From positions 80,848,001 to 80,912,000 of the forward strand of contig OZ024744.1 in assembly GCA_964016885.1 (NCBI GenBank): DNA of 64,000 bases. Direction: 5' to 3'. The position numbers and the translations under genes were made by a program. The notes under the pieces were generated by a model, which made no database searches, was not told the DNA's origin, and was given only the letters and a program-made list of their open reading frames with translations. The stretch comes from Eledone cirrhosa. Lineage: Eukaryota. Of the stretch, positions 53,861-64,000 are shown one piece after another. Position 1 is the first letter of the stretch. Each line of letters opens with the position of its first letter.

Positions 53861-54091
53861 ATGAGCCGGGGCTGGGGGGGGGGGAGATAGCTGGAAATGG
53901 AGGATACTCATTTGGATGTCACTTTCCTTCAGGCCAAGATCATTACTTACAAAAGTTATTTTTAACACTTTCATTCTCTAGTGAGGAGTGCAGAGAAATA
54001 AGGCTTGTGCTCTGAATCCACCTTGATTCTGCTAATATAATAATAATAGTTATTATTATTATTGTGTACAGTTATTATTATTATTGTGTAA

Positions 54092-54264
54092 GGGCGGTGA
54101 ATTGGCAGTATCGGTAGAGGGTTGGACGCCATGCTTTCTAGCATAGTTACGTCCCTTTGCAGTCCCACCGAGGTTAACTTTGCCTTTCATCCTTACGGGG
54201 TCGATAAAATAAAGTACCAGTAATGTACTGGGTAATTGCTGGCCTTGTGCCTAAAGTAGAAACA
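54092..54264 (+). mobile_element. tRNA-derived SINE family 1 inserted at a CR1 tail
   Basis: Match to 2974-3159. Flanking direct repeat ttattattgtgta. Confidence 0.8.
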
Positions 54265-54810
54265 ATTATTATTGTGTACAGTGCTCAGGTGCACTACAAC
54301 TCATCAAAGGTGCATGTATAGTACATAGAATAATGTAGAAATGTCAGGAAGTTGAACAGTGTATGAGTCCTGATATACACACAGATACATGTGTGTGTAT
54401 GGAGGGGGAATATCAGGTGTAGTGTTGGCGTATATTGGGAAGCATGGAAGTGTTAAAGGATGCAGTGTCCTGACATCTAACAACTGATGCAGGTAGTTTG
54501 TTCCATGCTTCAGTAACTCTGAGCATGAAAAAATGTTTCCGAAAGTCATGGGAGCTGTACTGTTTTCTGATTTTGTAGGCATGTCCACGGGTGTTAGACA
54601 TATGGAATTCAAAAAGGTGCTCAGGGTTGTTGTTGGAAAGATGGTTAATAATCTTGTGGGTGTCTACCATGTCAGTTGCCAGATGTTGGAGCTTTAATGT
54701 ATCCATTCCCAGGAAAGCAAGGCTTTCAGAATATGGCAGATGTCTGATGGAGGGTATTTATTTGGTTGTATATTTCTGAACAGTTTCCAGGAGATCAATA
54801 TTCAGAGCAA
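54265..54810 (-). mobile_element. CR1 LINE 3' fragment (same family as 31290-34400)
   Basis: ORF 54413..54706 (NTRGHAYKIRK..FRKHFFMLRVTEAWNKLP) and a matching 3' UTR. Confidence 0.9.
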
Positions 54811-55560
54811 TAATGGCATAGAGTTGGCTACCTACAGGTGTGAGCCTTGCGGGCTGGAACAGCTCTTCCAAAACATCACTCTCACCATCCTCCAGCGAAA
54901 CACCTTCTCTGTTCTGTCTGCCAGGACTACAGGGCAGCCAGCACTTGGGCTTCCATTTGCATATAATAGTGAGAAATGGGGAGAGTGGGAAAGACAAAGG
55001 CAGTGAGTGATAGAAAGAGAACATAAACACACTTGATAAGACAGAAAGTCCCAATCAATAAATAACCCTACCCTTCCAACCTCTATTTCTTCTCCTACTT
55101 CACACCTACCCACTAATCACTGCTACCCCACACACTACTCCCTTCTCTGACACCCCCTCCTTGCCTGTCAAGATACACTTACCACAGTCTGAACATGCCC
55201 TCCCCCCCTCTCTATTTTCTTCTCCATCAGACCAGTTTACTACTATGATAATTTCTACCAAAACACTACCAAGACCAGTGTCATACAAACAGACAGGACA
55301 ATGGGCAAAAAAATAAATAAAAATAAAACAAAAACAAAAACAAAAAAACATGTCTGTACTGCTTACTGCCTTCCATACAATACACCACTGCTGCTAAAGC
55401 CTGCTAACTCAGAACTGACCTTGGGCTACACAATTCAACAACAACAATGCTGTTATGATAACCTAAATGTGTACTAAATATCTAGTTTCAAATAAATGAC
55501 TAGATAAGACTAGAATGTAGGGAAACAAAAAAATAAACAATTACCTGGATAATTATATAT

Positions 55561-56487
55561 CATCATCATCATCATCATTTTACGTCCGCTCTTCCCTGCT
55601 CGCAAAGGTGGGACGGGTCTTATTCAGCACAGCATCTCTCCACTCGTCATGGTCCTTCGTCATCTCCACTGTGAGCTTCAAAGATCTGAGGTCTGTTCTC
55701 ACCACCCCCGCCCATGTTTTTCGTGGTCTACCTCTACCATGTCTTCCTTCAACTGGCATTTCCTGGCACTTCTTCACCCATCGGTCATCCTCCATGCACA
55801 TCACATGTCCATACCACCTCAGTCTCCTCTCCCGTACACTACATTCTATCCCTCTCAGACACAATTTCTCTCTCAACACATTCATGCTGGGTCGTTCATG
55901 CACATTTACACTGCACATCCAACGGAGCATGCTTGCCTCATTTCTCTCCAGCCGTCGCATATCCTCTGCAGTTGCTGCCCATGTCTCACTACTATGCAGC
56001 ATCACGCTCCTCACACAGGCATCATACAACCGGCCTTTCGTATGCAGGGAGAAACCCTTCTTCATCAGCAGAGGAGGCAGCTCCCTAAACTTCTTCCAAC
56101 CCGTCCTTATTCTAGATACTATGGCCTCGGAATCCCCCCCCCTCCCATGCTAATCTGATCTCCTAGGTACCGGAAGCTATCCACCACTTCTATAGCACCC
56201 TCCTGCATTTGAAAAATGTGTCTATCAATGCGACTTCTACTGTCTAATTTCCCTGTACATCTACTGCATACATATTTCTCCCTACCTGTTAGTTTGCCTG
56301 CTATCCCACTACATCTCTTGTGTACCGAGGATCTGCATCGTGTGCATTTTATAGAATTTATGCCAGTTCCTTTTCTGCATATCGAACATGGCCATTTCCC
56401 TGACGGAATCAGGGTTTTGTCCTCTTTTCTACTCATCAACACTTTTGTCTTAGCTAGGTTCACTCTCAGTCCTCTTGCTTCCAACTG
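55561..56487 (-). mobile_element. 5'-truncated RTE LINE 3' end (related subfamily, with PHD-like finger)
   Basis: ORFs 56119..56484 and 55580..56065. (ATG)n tail. Confidence 0.9.
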
Positions 56488-56558
56488 CTGTATATATATA
56501 TATATAGATATAGATATAGATAAATATACACGGGTGTGTATGATTGTGTATAGAAGAT

Positions 56559-57097
56559 TATATTAATAAAAGGAATTCCAACTTTGTCTGACTTACTCGT
56601 TTTATTTACAATCCTTTAACATTTATAATGGTATTAGAATGAAATAGTATGGTAGAATATTAAATGTTAAGTGTTAATTGAACGGTGTGTACAAAGGGCA
56701 AGGACATGATTGACGCGGGCTGATGACCCCCGCCTACCGGGAATTCCTCGTTCACAGGGTTGGTTCCAAGCCCCGATCCCTATCACAGGAGGTGGTTCAG
56801 AGGTTTCCCGACCCTCTCAGGCTGGGGAAGTGGCGCCCGCTGATACCTCCAGTGTAGCGCGCGTGCGGCCCCGGACATCTAAGGGCATCACAGACCTGTT
56901 ATCGCTCCACCTCATGCGGCTTTCTGCCGCCCGTCCCTCTAAGAAGCGCTGCGTTCGCCAACCGACTGGCCCGTTCAATTAACACTTAACATTTAATATT
57001 CTACCATACTATTTCATTCCAATACCATTATAAATTTTAAAGGATTATAAATAAAACGAGTAAATCAGACAAAGTTGGAATTCCTTTTATTAATATA
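56559..57097. repeat. 127-bp inverted repeats (56559-56685 and 56971-57097) enclosing an 18S fragment
   Basis: Arms are reverse complementary with about 4 mismatches by manual alignment. Confidence 0.92.
56683..56970 (-). pseudogene. 18S rRNA 3'-region fragment (about 285 bp)
   Basis: Minus strand carries universal SSU motifs CTTCTTAGAGGGAC, AACAGGTCTGTGATGCCCTTAGATGT, GCCGCACGCGCGCTACACTG, AACGAGGAATTCC and CCCTTTGTACACACCG. Confidence 0.95.
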
Positions 57098-57125
57098 TAT
57101 ATATATATATATATCTTTATTATAT

Positions 57126-57559
57126 ACTAGCAGTGGTACCCGGCGTTGCACGGGATAAGGTATTTTGGAACGCGGGCCGCCAACAGACCTAATCGTGGAA
57201 AAACTGCATGCCAGGACATTATGTAAAGAAAATAAACCGAATACTTTGATGGCTGGATAATCTTTAATATTTTCCTCGATGAAGAAGGAAAAATGCAGGT
57301 TTTCATCTAAGGGATCAAGAAAATGAACTTTTTTTATGTGCATAATATGCCTTGAAATTTCGGGAAAATCGGCTAGATGTATCACCTCAAAAACACCCTA
57401 AAAAGCTTTTAAAAAACGCAGTTTTTCACCTAATGCGGGCCCTAGAAGATCAAAAAGTTGAATTTTATTATGTGCATAACACTCCCTCAAACATAAGTAA
57501 TACACATGTAAAGTTTGAAAAAAATCGGTTGGATACTTCTCGAGTTTTAGGGATTCAAA

Positions 57560-57602
<43 letters not shown>

Positions 57603-57866
57603 CCTCAGGGAAGTGGCGTAATGCAGACAGCCAGACATTATAAGGGCGCAACGTTATATGTATGTATCTATCTAAAAAGAGAAAGACTAATGCGGTCCCT
57701 AGGGCATTGAAAATTTGAAATTTGTTTTGCTTAGAACACTCCCTAAAACATAAGTATTACATGTGTAAAGTTTGAAAACAGTCAGTTGGATGGTTCTCGA
57801 GTTTTAGGGATTCAAACTCACATACAGACAGACAGACATTCTCAGTTTTATATATATAAATATAGA
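57126..57866 (-). mobile_element. Non-autonomous Helitron-like element
   Basis: Minus strand begins TCtatatt..aaaactgagaa(tgtc)n and ends with hairpin cccgtgcaacgccggg followed by CTAGt. Confidence 0.7.
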
Positions 57867-57957
57867 AATGACTTCTACATGGCTATGTGAACGAAACAGT
57901 TCTAGAAGTCATGTCATATCGTCATATATATATATATATATGACGATATGACATGAC

Positions 57958-58925
57958 AGCTGCGCGAAAATAACCAACAACTTAACCTAAAATGGGATCT
58001 AATAGTACTACCCCTGCATATTTCCAAGGACAGGGATTTTGTAAATTGTGCAATATGGAAATATTTTGTATTATGAAATCCAAAAATATTTTATTAAATA
58101 ACAGAATAGAGCGATCATTATACTGTAACCATCGCTTGAAATCTACATTTTCATATTACAAACGCTACCAGGATTGAACACCTGTCTCCATCTCCGTTTG
58201 ATTGTCAAAATACATATTAACATTCTCTATTACTCTTAATTCTATCAACTCTTCTATTCTTTACCATTTAATATAAACTGCTATAGATTAAATGAGATTT
58301 CTTAATTCAATTCCCTAATGCATATACCAGCAGGCTACCAGCATTGTTGTTATACAGTAGCAGTGAAAATCTCTCTCTTCCTTACTTGACACTTTATATC
58401 TGTATTAATACTACTACACCAAACGTCCATTGTTCAACTGGTCAAATATAGATTAAAATAGGCACTCCCAAAAATTCTTATTTAGATCAAATAAGCCATA
58501 TACTCATTGTATTCTCATTAAAAACCTTCTATATACTTGTTTACCAGCAAATTGAATTGCCATCTGTCATATATTATCCCTTCTCTTCTTCCTTTCTTAC
58601 AACTAATATAAATACTTTAATTTTTCTGATGTTTTCCAATTTATCCAATATCTCTGAAGAAGTGACAACTGATTATACATTTGCTATCGAATACTTGCTA
58701 ACATTATATGATTACGCAAGCAGCGATACATAGGTATTGCGTCTGTTACAGAAACATATGTCAATACCTAATAAATTCCTTTATAAAAGCACTTTCATTT
58801 TATATTCATCTTTTCTACATTTTCTCCGGAATATAATTTATACTCGTTGAGCAAACCTACACGTACGCTGTTCATCTCTAACGTGACGATATATTATCAC
58901 TACATTATTGATAACTTGAAATTTT
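57958..58925 (+). mobile_element. Penelope-like element 3' remnant (GIY-YIG C-terminus plus 3' non-coding region)
   Basis: ORF 57992..58177 (CKLCNMEIFCI..LLNNRIE....CNHR) resembles the PLE motif CxLCxxE..LLNxRxE....CxH. Confidence 0.7.
58648..58766 (+). ncRNA. Hammerhead with about 90-nt stem II in PLE 3' region
   Basis: CTGAAGA-a-GTGACA...TGTTAC-a-GAA-ACATATGT-C-aata, followed by AATAAA. Confidence 0.65.
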
Positions 58926-58943
58926 ATATATATATATATATAT

Positions 58944-59450
58944 GGAAAAAAAATGAAACAAAATTTCATTTCCCACTCTTAGTACGGCTGTTACTTAAAT
59001 ATAAGTATAAGTATGTACACGTACATACATATATGTATACAGACATACAGTAGTATGTATATATATATATATACATACATGCACACATATATATATATAT
59101 ATGCACGTATGGATTCACCGAACATTTATTATAATGCTCCGTGTGTTTGTAAGCAAACATCCTGTATTAAGCCGTAGTGTCCAGCAACCATCGTTGCTCG
59201 TTTGTTCAACACTGACAAAGGAACGCTGTACTAGTTTCAAGCTTATTAGCTATCGTCAGCAACGTATACCTTCCTGCCAGAGTGTTGAACGTCTGAAAGT
59301 ATATACTTTCCTTATGCATATTAACGGCTGAGTAGCCCAATTTGCATATCGAGTGGGTTAATCGGCCGGGTGCACCGAAAACGATAAATGGAAAAAAGAA
59401 ATGAAACGAAATTTCATTTCCCACTCTTAGTACGGCTGTTACTTAAATAT
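58944..59450 (-). mobile_element. Hammerhead-carrying element family E, about 1.1 copies of a 448-bp unit
   Basis: atgaaac.aaatttcatttcccactcttagtacggctgttacttaaatata at 58953 and 59401. Confidence 0.75.
59223..59265 (-). ncRNA. Type I hammerhead ribozyme, family E copy 2
   Basis: Identical to 36413-36455. Confidence 0.85.
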
Positions 59451-59539
59451 AGTCAATTGACTATCCGGGAGCTTCCAACAGAAATGGTCGTATTCTTTAA
59501 GGGTATGTCAATATTTATTTATAAAACTGATCTATATTA

Positions 59540-59604
59540 TATTTTATCTGATGAAAGCGCACCATAATTTGCCTTGGTGTCCTTGAAATATGTATAATGA
59601 AATA
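59540..59604 (+). ncRNA. Type I hammerhead ribozyme, family F copy 2
   Basis: TATTTTAT-CTGATGA-AAGcGCACCA..TGGTGTcCTT-GAA-ATATGTAT-A-ATGAAATA. Confidence 0.85.
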
Positions 59605-59744
59605 AATATGGTTTTATAAATATAGTTTCCATTTGTTAATATATTGTATTTTTACTCCAATAATTTGTTGAGTGCTTTATAATAGTTATAAAAATATTTG
59701 CTTGTTGTATCCCAACAAATTAAATATAACTTCTACATATATAT

Positions 59745-60851
59745 ATATATATATAATTAAGTATGTGTGTGTGTCTGTGTGTCTGTGTATTACCTATAGG
59801 GGCCTACATCTTACGACAGATTTTCATGAAACTTTACAGGCTCATAGATTAGTCATCGGGGAGTGTTTTCTATATATCAACGTATCATTTTTTTTTATTC
59901 CGGGATCATTCAGCTGATAAAAGTCGATAATTTTTTAGGTATCGAAAAATAAGATTTTTGGCTCTAACTCCCACATTTTGCCACCGATTTCGTTCAAATT
60001 TTAAAGCAAAATAGAATTTATCATTGCACATCTGTTGTTCAGGGACGGCGTGGCAGCCGCTTAAATATTCAAACATACCACTTTTAGACTCAAATTTCCA
60101 CATTAATCAACCTACTTTGTTCAAATTTTACACTACGCTAGATCTGATTATTTCACATCTTAAGGTGGCTTTAGATTTTGGATTTTTTGTTCAGGAACGG
60201 CGTGGCAGCCGCTTAAATATTCGAAAATACTACCCTTTCGCTCAAATTTCCGCCTTTTCGGCTCTAGCTCCCATATTTTTCAACCGATTTCGTTCAAATT
60301 CGAAACTTCGGCTCCACCTCACACATAAATCAATTTATTTGGTTCAACTTTTATACTACACTAGAACCTAGTAGCTTTACACTTTGCATTTTTGGTTCAG
60401 GGACGGCAACCTATCATTAGCTCCCACATTTTTCAACCGATTTTGTTCAAATTCGAAACTTCGAATCCACCTCACTCATAAATCAATTTATTTGGTTCAA
60501 CTTTTATACTACGATAGAACCTATCAATGCACATCTTATAGATAGTCAAAGGCAAAACGATGGCCACTGACGTCGTCTGAGCTTTTAGTTGTGTTTTTGA
60601 GAATTCATCGGTTTCCAATCAAGTAGCGTGAGGAAATTTGGCTTAGTGTTAGAGGTCATTACCTCCCTCCACCAGCATGCCCCTTCATTAGTCACCCGCG
60701 TTTCTCATTGATAGAGGTCATCACCACCCTCCCCCGCATGGCCTGTGTGTGGCCATAGATGACTCATCGAGAAGCATTCGCTAAGATCAACACCTTTTTA
60801 TCAAAGCAGATATTATTTTACCTACCCAGGCAACGCTGGGTACTGCTGCTA

Positions 60852-60852
<1 letters not shown>
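59745..60852 (+). mobile_element. Non-autonomous Helitron-like element with internal imperfect tandem repeats
   Basis: 5' tataattaagta(tg)n. 3' hairpin cccaggcaacgctggg followed by CTAG|T. Internal repeats caaccgatttcgttcaaatt. Confidence 0.65.
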
Positions 60853-60885
<33 letters not shown>

Positions 60886-61050
60886 TCATTATCATCATCA
60901 TCATCATCGTTTAACATCTATCTTCCATGCTAGCATGGGTATATGTAATAAAGATGCATATACTCTACCGATGTATTCAGTACATTTTTTAACTGTGATG
61001 CCCCCACCCCAACTCAACTTCAGAATCTATGTGTGTGTGTGTGTATATAT

Positions 61051-61386
61051 GGCTTAGTGGTTAGAGCATTGGCCTTGCAATCGAAAGGTTGTGAATTCAA
61101 TTCTCAGACCGGGTGATGTGTTGTTTCCTTGAGCAAGACACTTTATTTCATATTGTTCCAGTTTACTCAGCTGTAGAAATGAGATGATAGGGACTGGGGT
61201 CCCTATCATTCCACTGCAAAGTGGTCGTAGAGGTGCCACAGCAAAAAAGCACCCAGCCCACACTGTAAATGAGGTTGGTGTTAGGAAGGGCATCCAGCTG
61301 TAGAAATCAAGCCAGAATCAGTTCCCGTCCCACCCTTGCAAGCAGGGAAAAGCGGACGTAAAATGATGACAAAAAAAAAATGATGA
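61051..61386 (+). mobile_element. tRNA-derived SINE family 2 with RTE-like 3' tail
   Basis: A box ggcttagtggttagagc, B box gaattcaattc, core ccttgagcaagacactt, tail gcagggaaaagcggacgtaaaatgatga. Confidence 0.8.
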
Positions 61387-61484
61387 TATATATATGTGTA
61401 TGTAAACAGAAATTGCAGCACAAATGGTATAGTATGCAGAAGGAATATATTATTAGTTTAATGTTTAAAATAGCAGAAAGAAGG

Positions 61485-61520
61485 TCTCAACGTTTTCAAC
61501 GCTAGTCTTTCATCAGAAGA
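61485..61520 (-). ncRNA. Minimal hammerhead-like motif
   Basis: Minus strand reads tctt-CTGATGA-aa-GAC tagc GTT-GAAA-a-CG-TT-gaga. Confidence 0.5.
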
Positions 61521-61554
61521 AAGAATGAGAAATTAAGAAAGATTGAGGCAACTG

Positions 61555-63591
61555 GCAGATTAAGGTCGCCATACTCTGCTTCAATTTGTTTTAGAAATTC
61601 TTGAAACTGGCGATGATTTAGTCCTCTTGACAGTATAAAATTCACTGTTTTCATGACCACTGTTTTCATGTCCTTAAAATTCAGTGACTTTGCACATAAT
61701 GCTTCTTGATGAATAATGCAATGAAGTTTGATTAGTTTTTGATCAATACCGATGTGGTTTTGGAGCAATGCAACAAACCCCTTTTTCTTTCCAACCATTG
61801 CTGGTGCTCTATCTGTGATTACTCCAGAAAGCTTTGATAAATCCAGATTCATTTCGGTAATCCATTTTATTTTGCTTTCCAAAATATCTGCTCCAGTGCT
61901 AGTGTCCTTCATATGAATCAATTGTTCAAATTCTTCCACAATATTAAATGTTCACAAACACTGCAAGTTGACAAATATCCTTCACATCTGTGGTTTCATC
62001 GATAGCAATGGAATAATACTCCAGATTATTTAAAATGCCCTCCAAGCCACTTCTGACATTTGCTGCCAGCTCTTCAATTCACCTTGCTACTGTTCTTGCC
62101 GATAAGCTGATTGCAGAAAATAATTCCCTATTTTCTGGACAAACAATATCTGCTACCTTCAACAATAATTCTTTGAAGAAATCTCCATCAGTAAAAGGTT
62201 TCATCCTTTCTGCAATTAGTTTTGACACCTCATAGCTAGCACGAGTGTTTCGGTCACTTTCTTCAACTTTTCTAGTGAAAAAGGATGATTGTTTTGTTAC
62301 ATTATTTCTCAGCCGTGCAACTTCGCTTACTCGTGCTTTTCCAGTAAAACTGTTGTAATGATTATGACGAGTTTCATAATGCCGTTTAATATTTGAAACT
62401 TTCTTCACGGCAATGGTTTCCGAAGTGCTCAATGAAAAAATAGTTAAGTGTCCAGCCATCGTTAAAAGTTTGGCACTCCAAATCCACTTTTCTTTTCTTA
62501 GCTTCCATGGGCTTGTTTTTGTTCAAACAAAAAAGATTTATGGAAAGGAAAAAGAACAAAAAGTATAATAATCAGAATGAAGAAATAAGAAACAATGAAA
62601 ACAAATGTAAATGCAAAAACAGTAATTGTTTCTACTTTAGGCACCAGGCCAGCAAATACCCAGTGCATTACTGGTACTTTATTTTATCGACCCCGTAAGG
62701 ATGAAAGGCAAAGTCAACCTCGGCGGGATTTGAACTCAGATCGTAAAGGGACGTAACTATGCTGGAAAGCATGGCGTCCGACCCTCTACCGATACTGCCA
62801 ATCCACCGCCCAATAGTAAATGCAAAAACAGTAATGCGATAAAATATGATAATTGTGAATAAATTATATAAAACCAGGTTTCTAACAACATTGTTAGATC
62901 AGGGTAGCCATTTGTTTTTTTAAACCACTTTTGACCTAATTCTAATAATAATAATTCACACAATTTATCACAAATAATTAAATAAACGTTATTATCGAAT
63001 AAAGATACCTACTGTATAGTTATTATACTACCAGACAACAAACTCAAATGAAAATACTCTGGGGAGGAGGGAACAAAGTAATTTTTCCAAGGACAGCTTT
63101 ACCTTGTACGGGGGGCACAGGTAAGGTCAGGCAAACGAAGATGACAATAATTCACAAGTGATTTTATTGAATGACAATATGGGTATAAAAGTGAGTCATG
63201 CGAACCGTAAGGTAGTATACCTCCCAGTCGCTGACGAAAAGGCATATTTCCAGCCAACATTTGTGTTTGTTGACTGGAACAAAAACACATACAGGAAATC
63301 ACAGGAAATAATAATACAGGTGATATAATGCTTGGCGGAAAGCCCAGAAAAAGATGGATAAGAGGAAATAATAATAAATGGAAAATATAATAAGGTTTAA
63401 AGGTATCTGTAAATATATATGGTATGAGCAGCGATTTGTGATGGGCATCAGGTCGGCACAACCTTGAAGTGAACTACTGTATCTGTATTCAATACTAATT
63501 AGATAATTAGTGTCCAGTGTAAGATGGCGGGCTGGACAAAAATCCCTCGAGGGCCGGATGTGGCCTGCGGGCTGGGGATTGCCGACCCCTG
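61555..63591 (-). mobile_element. hAT (Charlie/SPIN/GTF2IRD2-like) DNA transposon, 3'-truncated and frameshifted
   Basis: 5' end CAGGGGTCGGCAA..GCCCGCAGGCCACATCCGGCCC at 63591. ORFs: NIKRHYETRH..KPFTDGDF.KE..ISLSARTVAR; SIAIDETTD; ITDRAPAMVG..HCIIHQEALCAK..LNHRQF. Confidence 0.88.
62627..62815 (-). mobile_element. tRNA-derived SINE family 1 nested in the hAT element, 20-bp TSD
   Basis: TSD gtaaatgcaaaaacagtaat at 62607-62626 and 62816-62835. Confidence 0.88.
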
Positions 63592-64000
63592 CCCTAGAGG
63601 ATGGTGAGGAAGATGCACTGGAAGAGCCATTCCAACTTATGAGGCTCACACCTGTGGGAAGCCAACTCCATGCTATTCCAAATACCAACTTAATAATTCT
63701 TACTTTCTAACATTGACACAAGGCTAGTAATTTGAGGGAATGAGAAAGTCATTTATATCAGCATTAGTAGTTGACTGGTGCTTTATTTTATAATAATGAA
63801 AGGGATGGTAAATGTTAATAATGTTTGGAGTTTCCGGTGAAATAATAGAGAACAATATAATATTTATATATGTATGAATCACTACCTCCCTATGGACAAC
63901 TGACGCTGCACACACGGAAGAGGCGAATTCCAACTGTCATCGCCTCCATCTCTCTCACCCTCCCCATCTGTCTCTATTATGAGCAAAAGAGGTCCCACGT

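Noticed and set aside
56710-56982. 90-aa ORF, or a functional rRNA gene
   Set aside because: The ORF is antisense to 18S; the rRNA is only a 285-bp fragment with no rDNA context.

Overview
AT-rich eukaryotic intergenic/intronic DNA, most likely from a cephalopod mollusc (Octopus-like). This is an inference from the SINE/LINE spectrum, the (TA)n/(CAT)n microsatellite load and a GC-rich divergent 18S fragment. No intact host gene is recognisable; most listed ORFs are microsatellite or antisense artefacts. The window is a mosaic of decayed transposons: several RTE-clade LINEs (one family carries a PHD-type finger after the RT core), CR1 LINEs, two Penelope-like (GIY-YIG) remnants, CRE-like endonuclease remnants, a deleted Helitron plus non-autonomous Helitron-like elements, a hAT-Charlie/SPIN-like element, piggyBac/hAT/Tc-mariner MITEs and two tRNA-derived SINE families. 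Main finding: by manual folding, about 18 type I hammerhead ribozyme (HHR) motifs in roughly 12 sequence families, mostly in short non-coding islands embedded in (TA)n tracts. They include tandem 485-bp and 448-bp retrozyme-like units, two U3-A8 core variants, covarying stems, palindromic (dimer-type) stem III and inverted pairs; two lie directly downstream of Penelope GIY-YIG remnants. Also notable are a 285-bp 18S rRNA fragment enclosed by 127-bp inverted repeats and a minisatellite built from RFX X-box motifs next to a candidate first exon. All RNA structures were assigned by eye and are untested.
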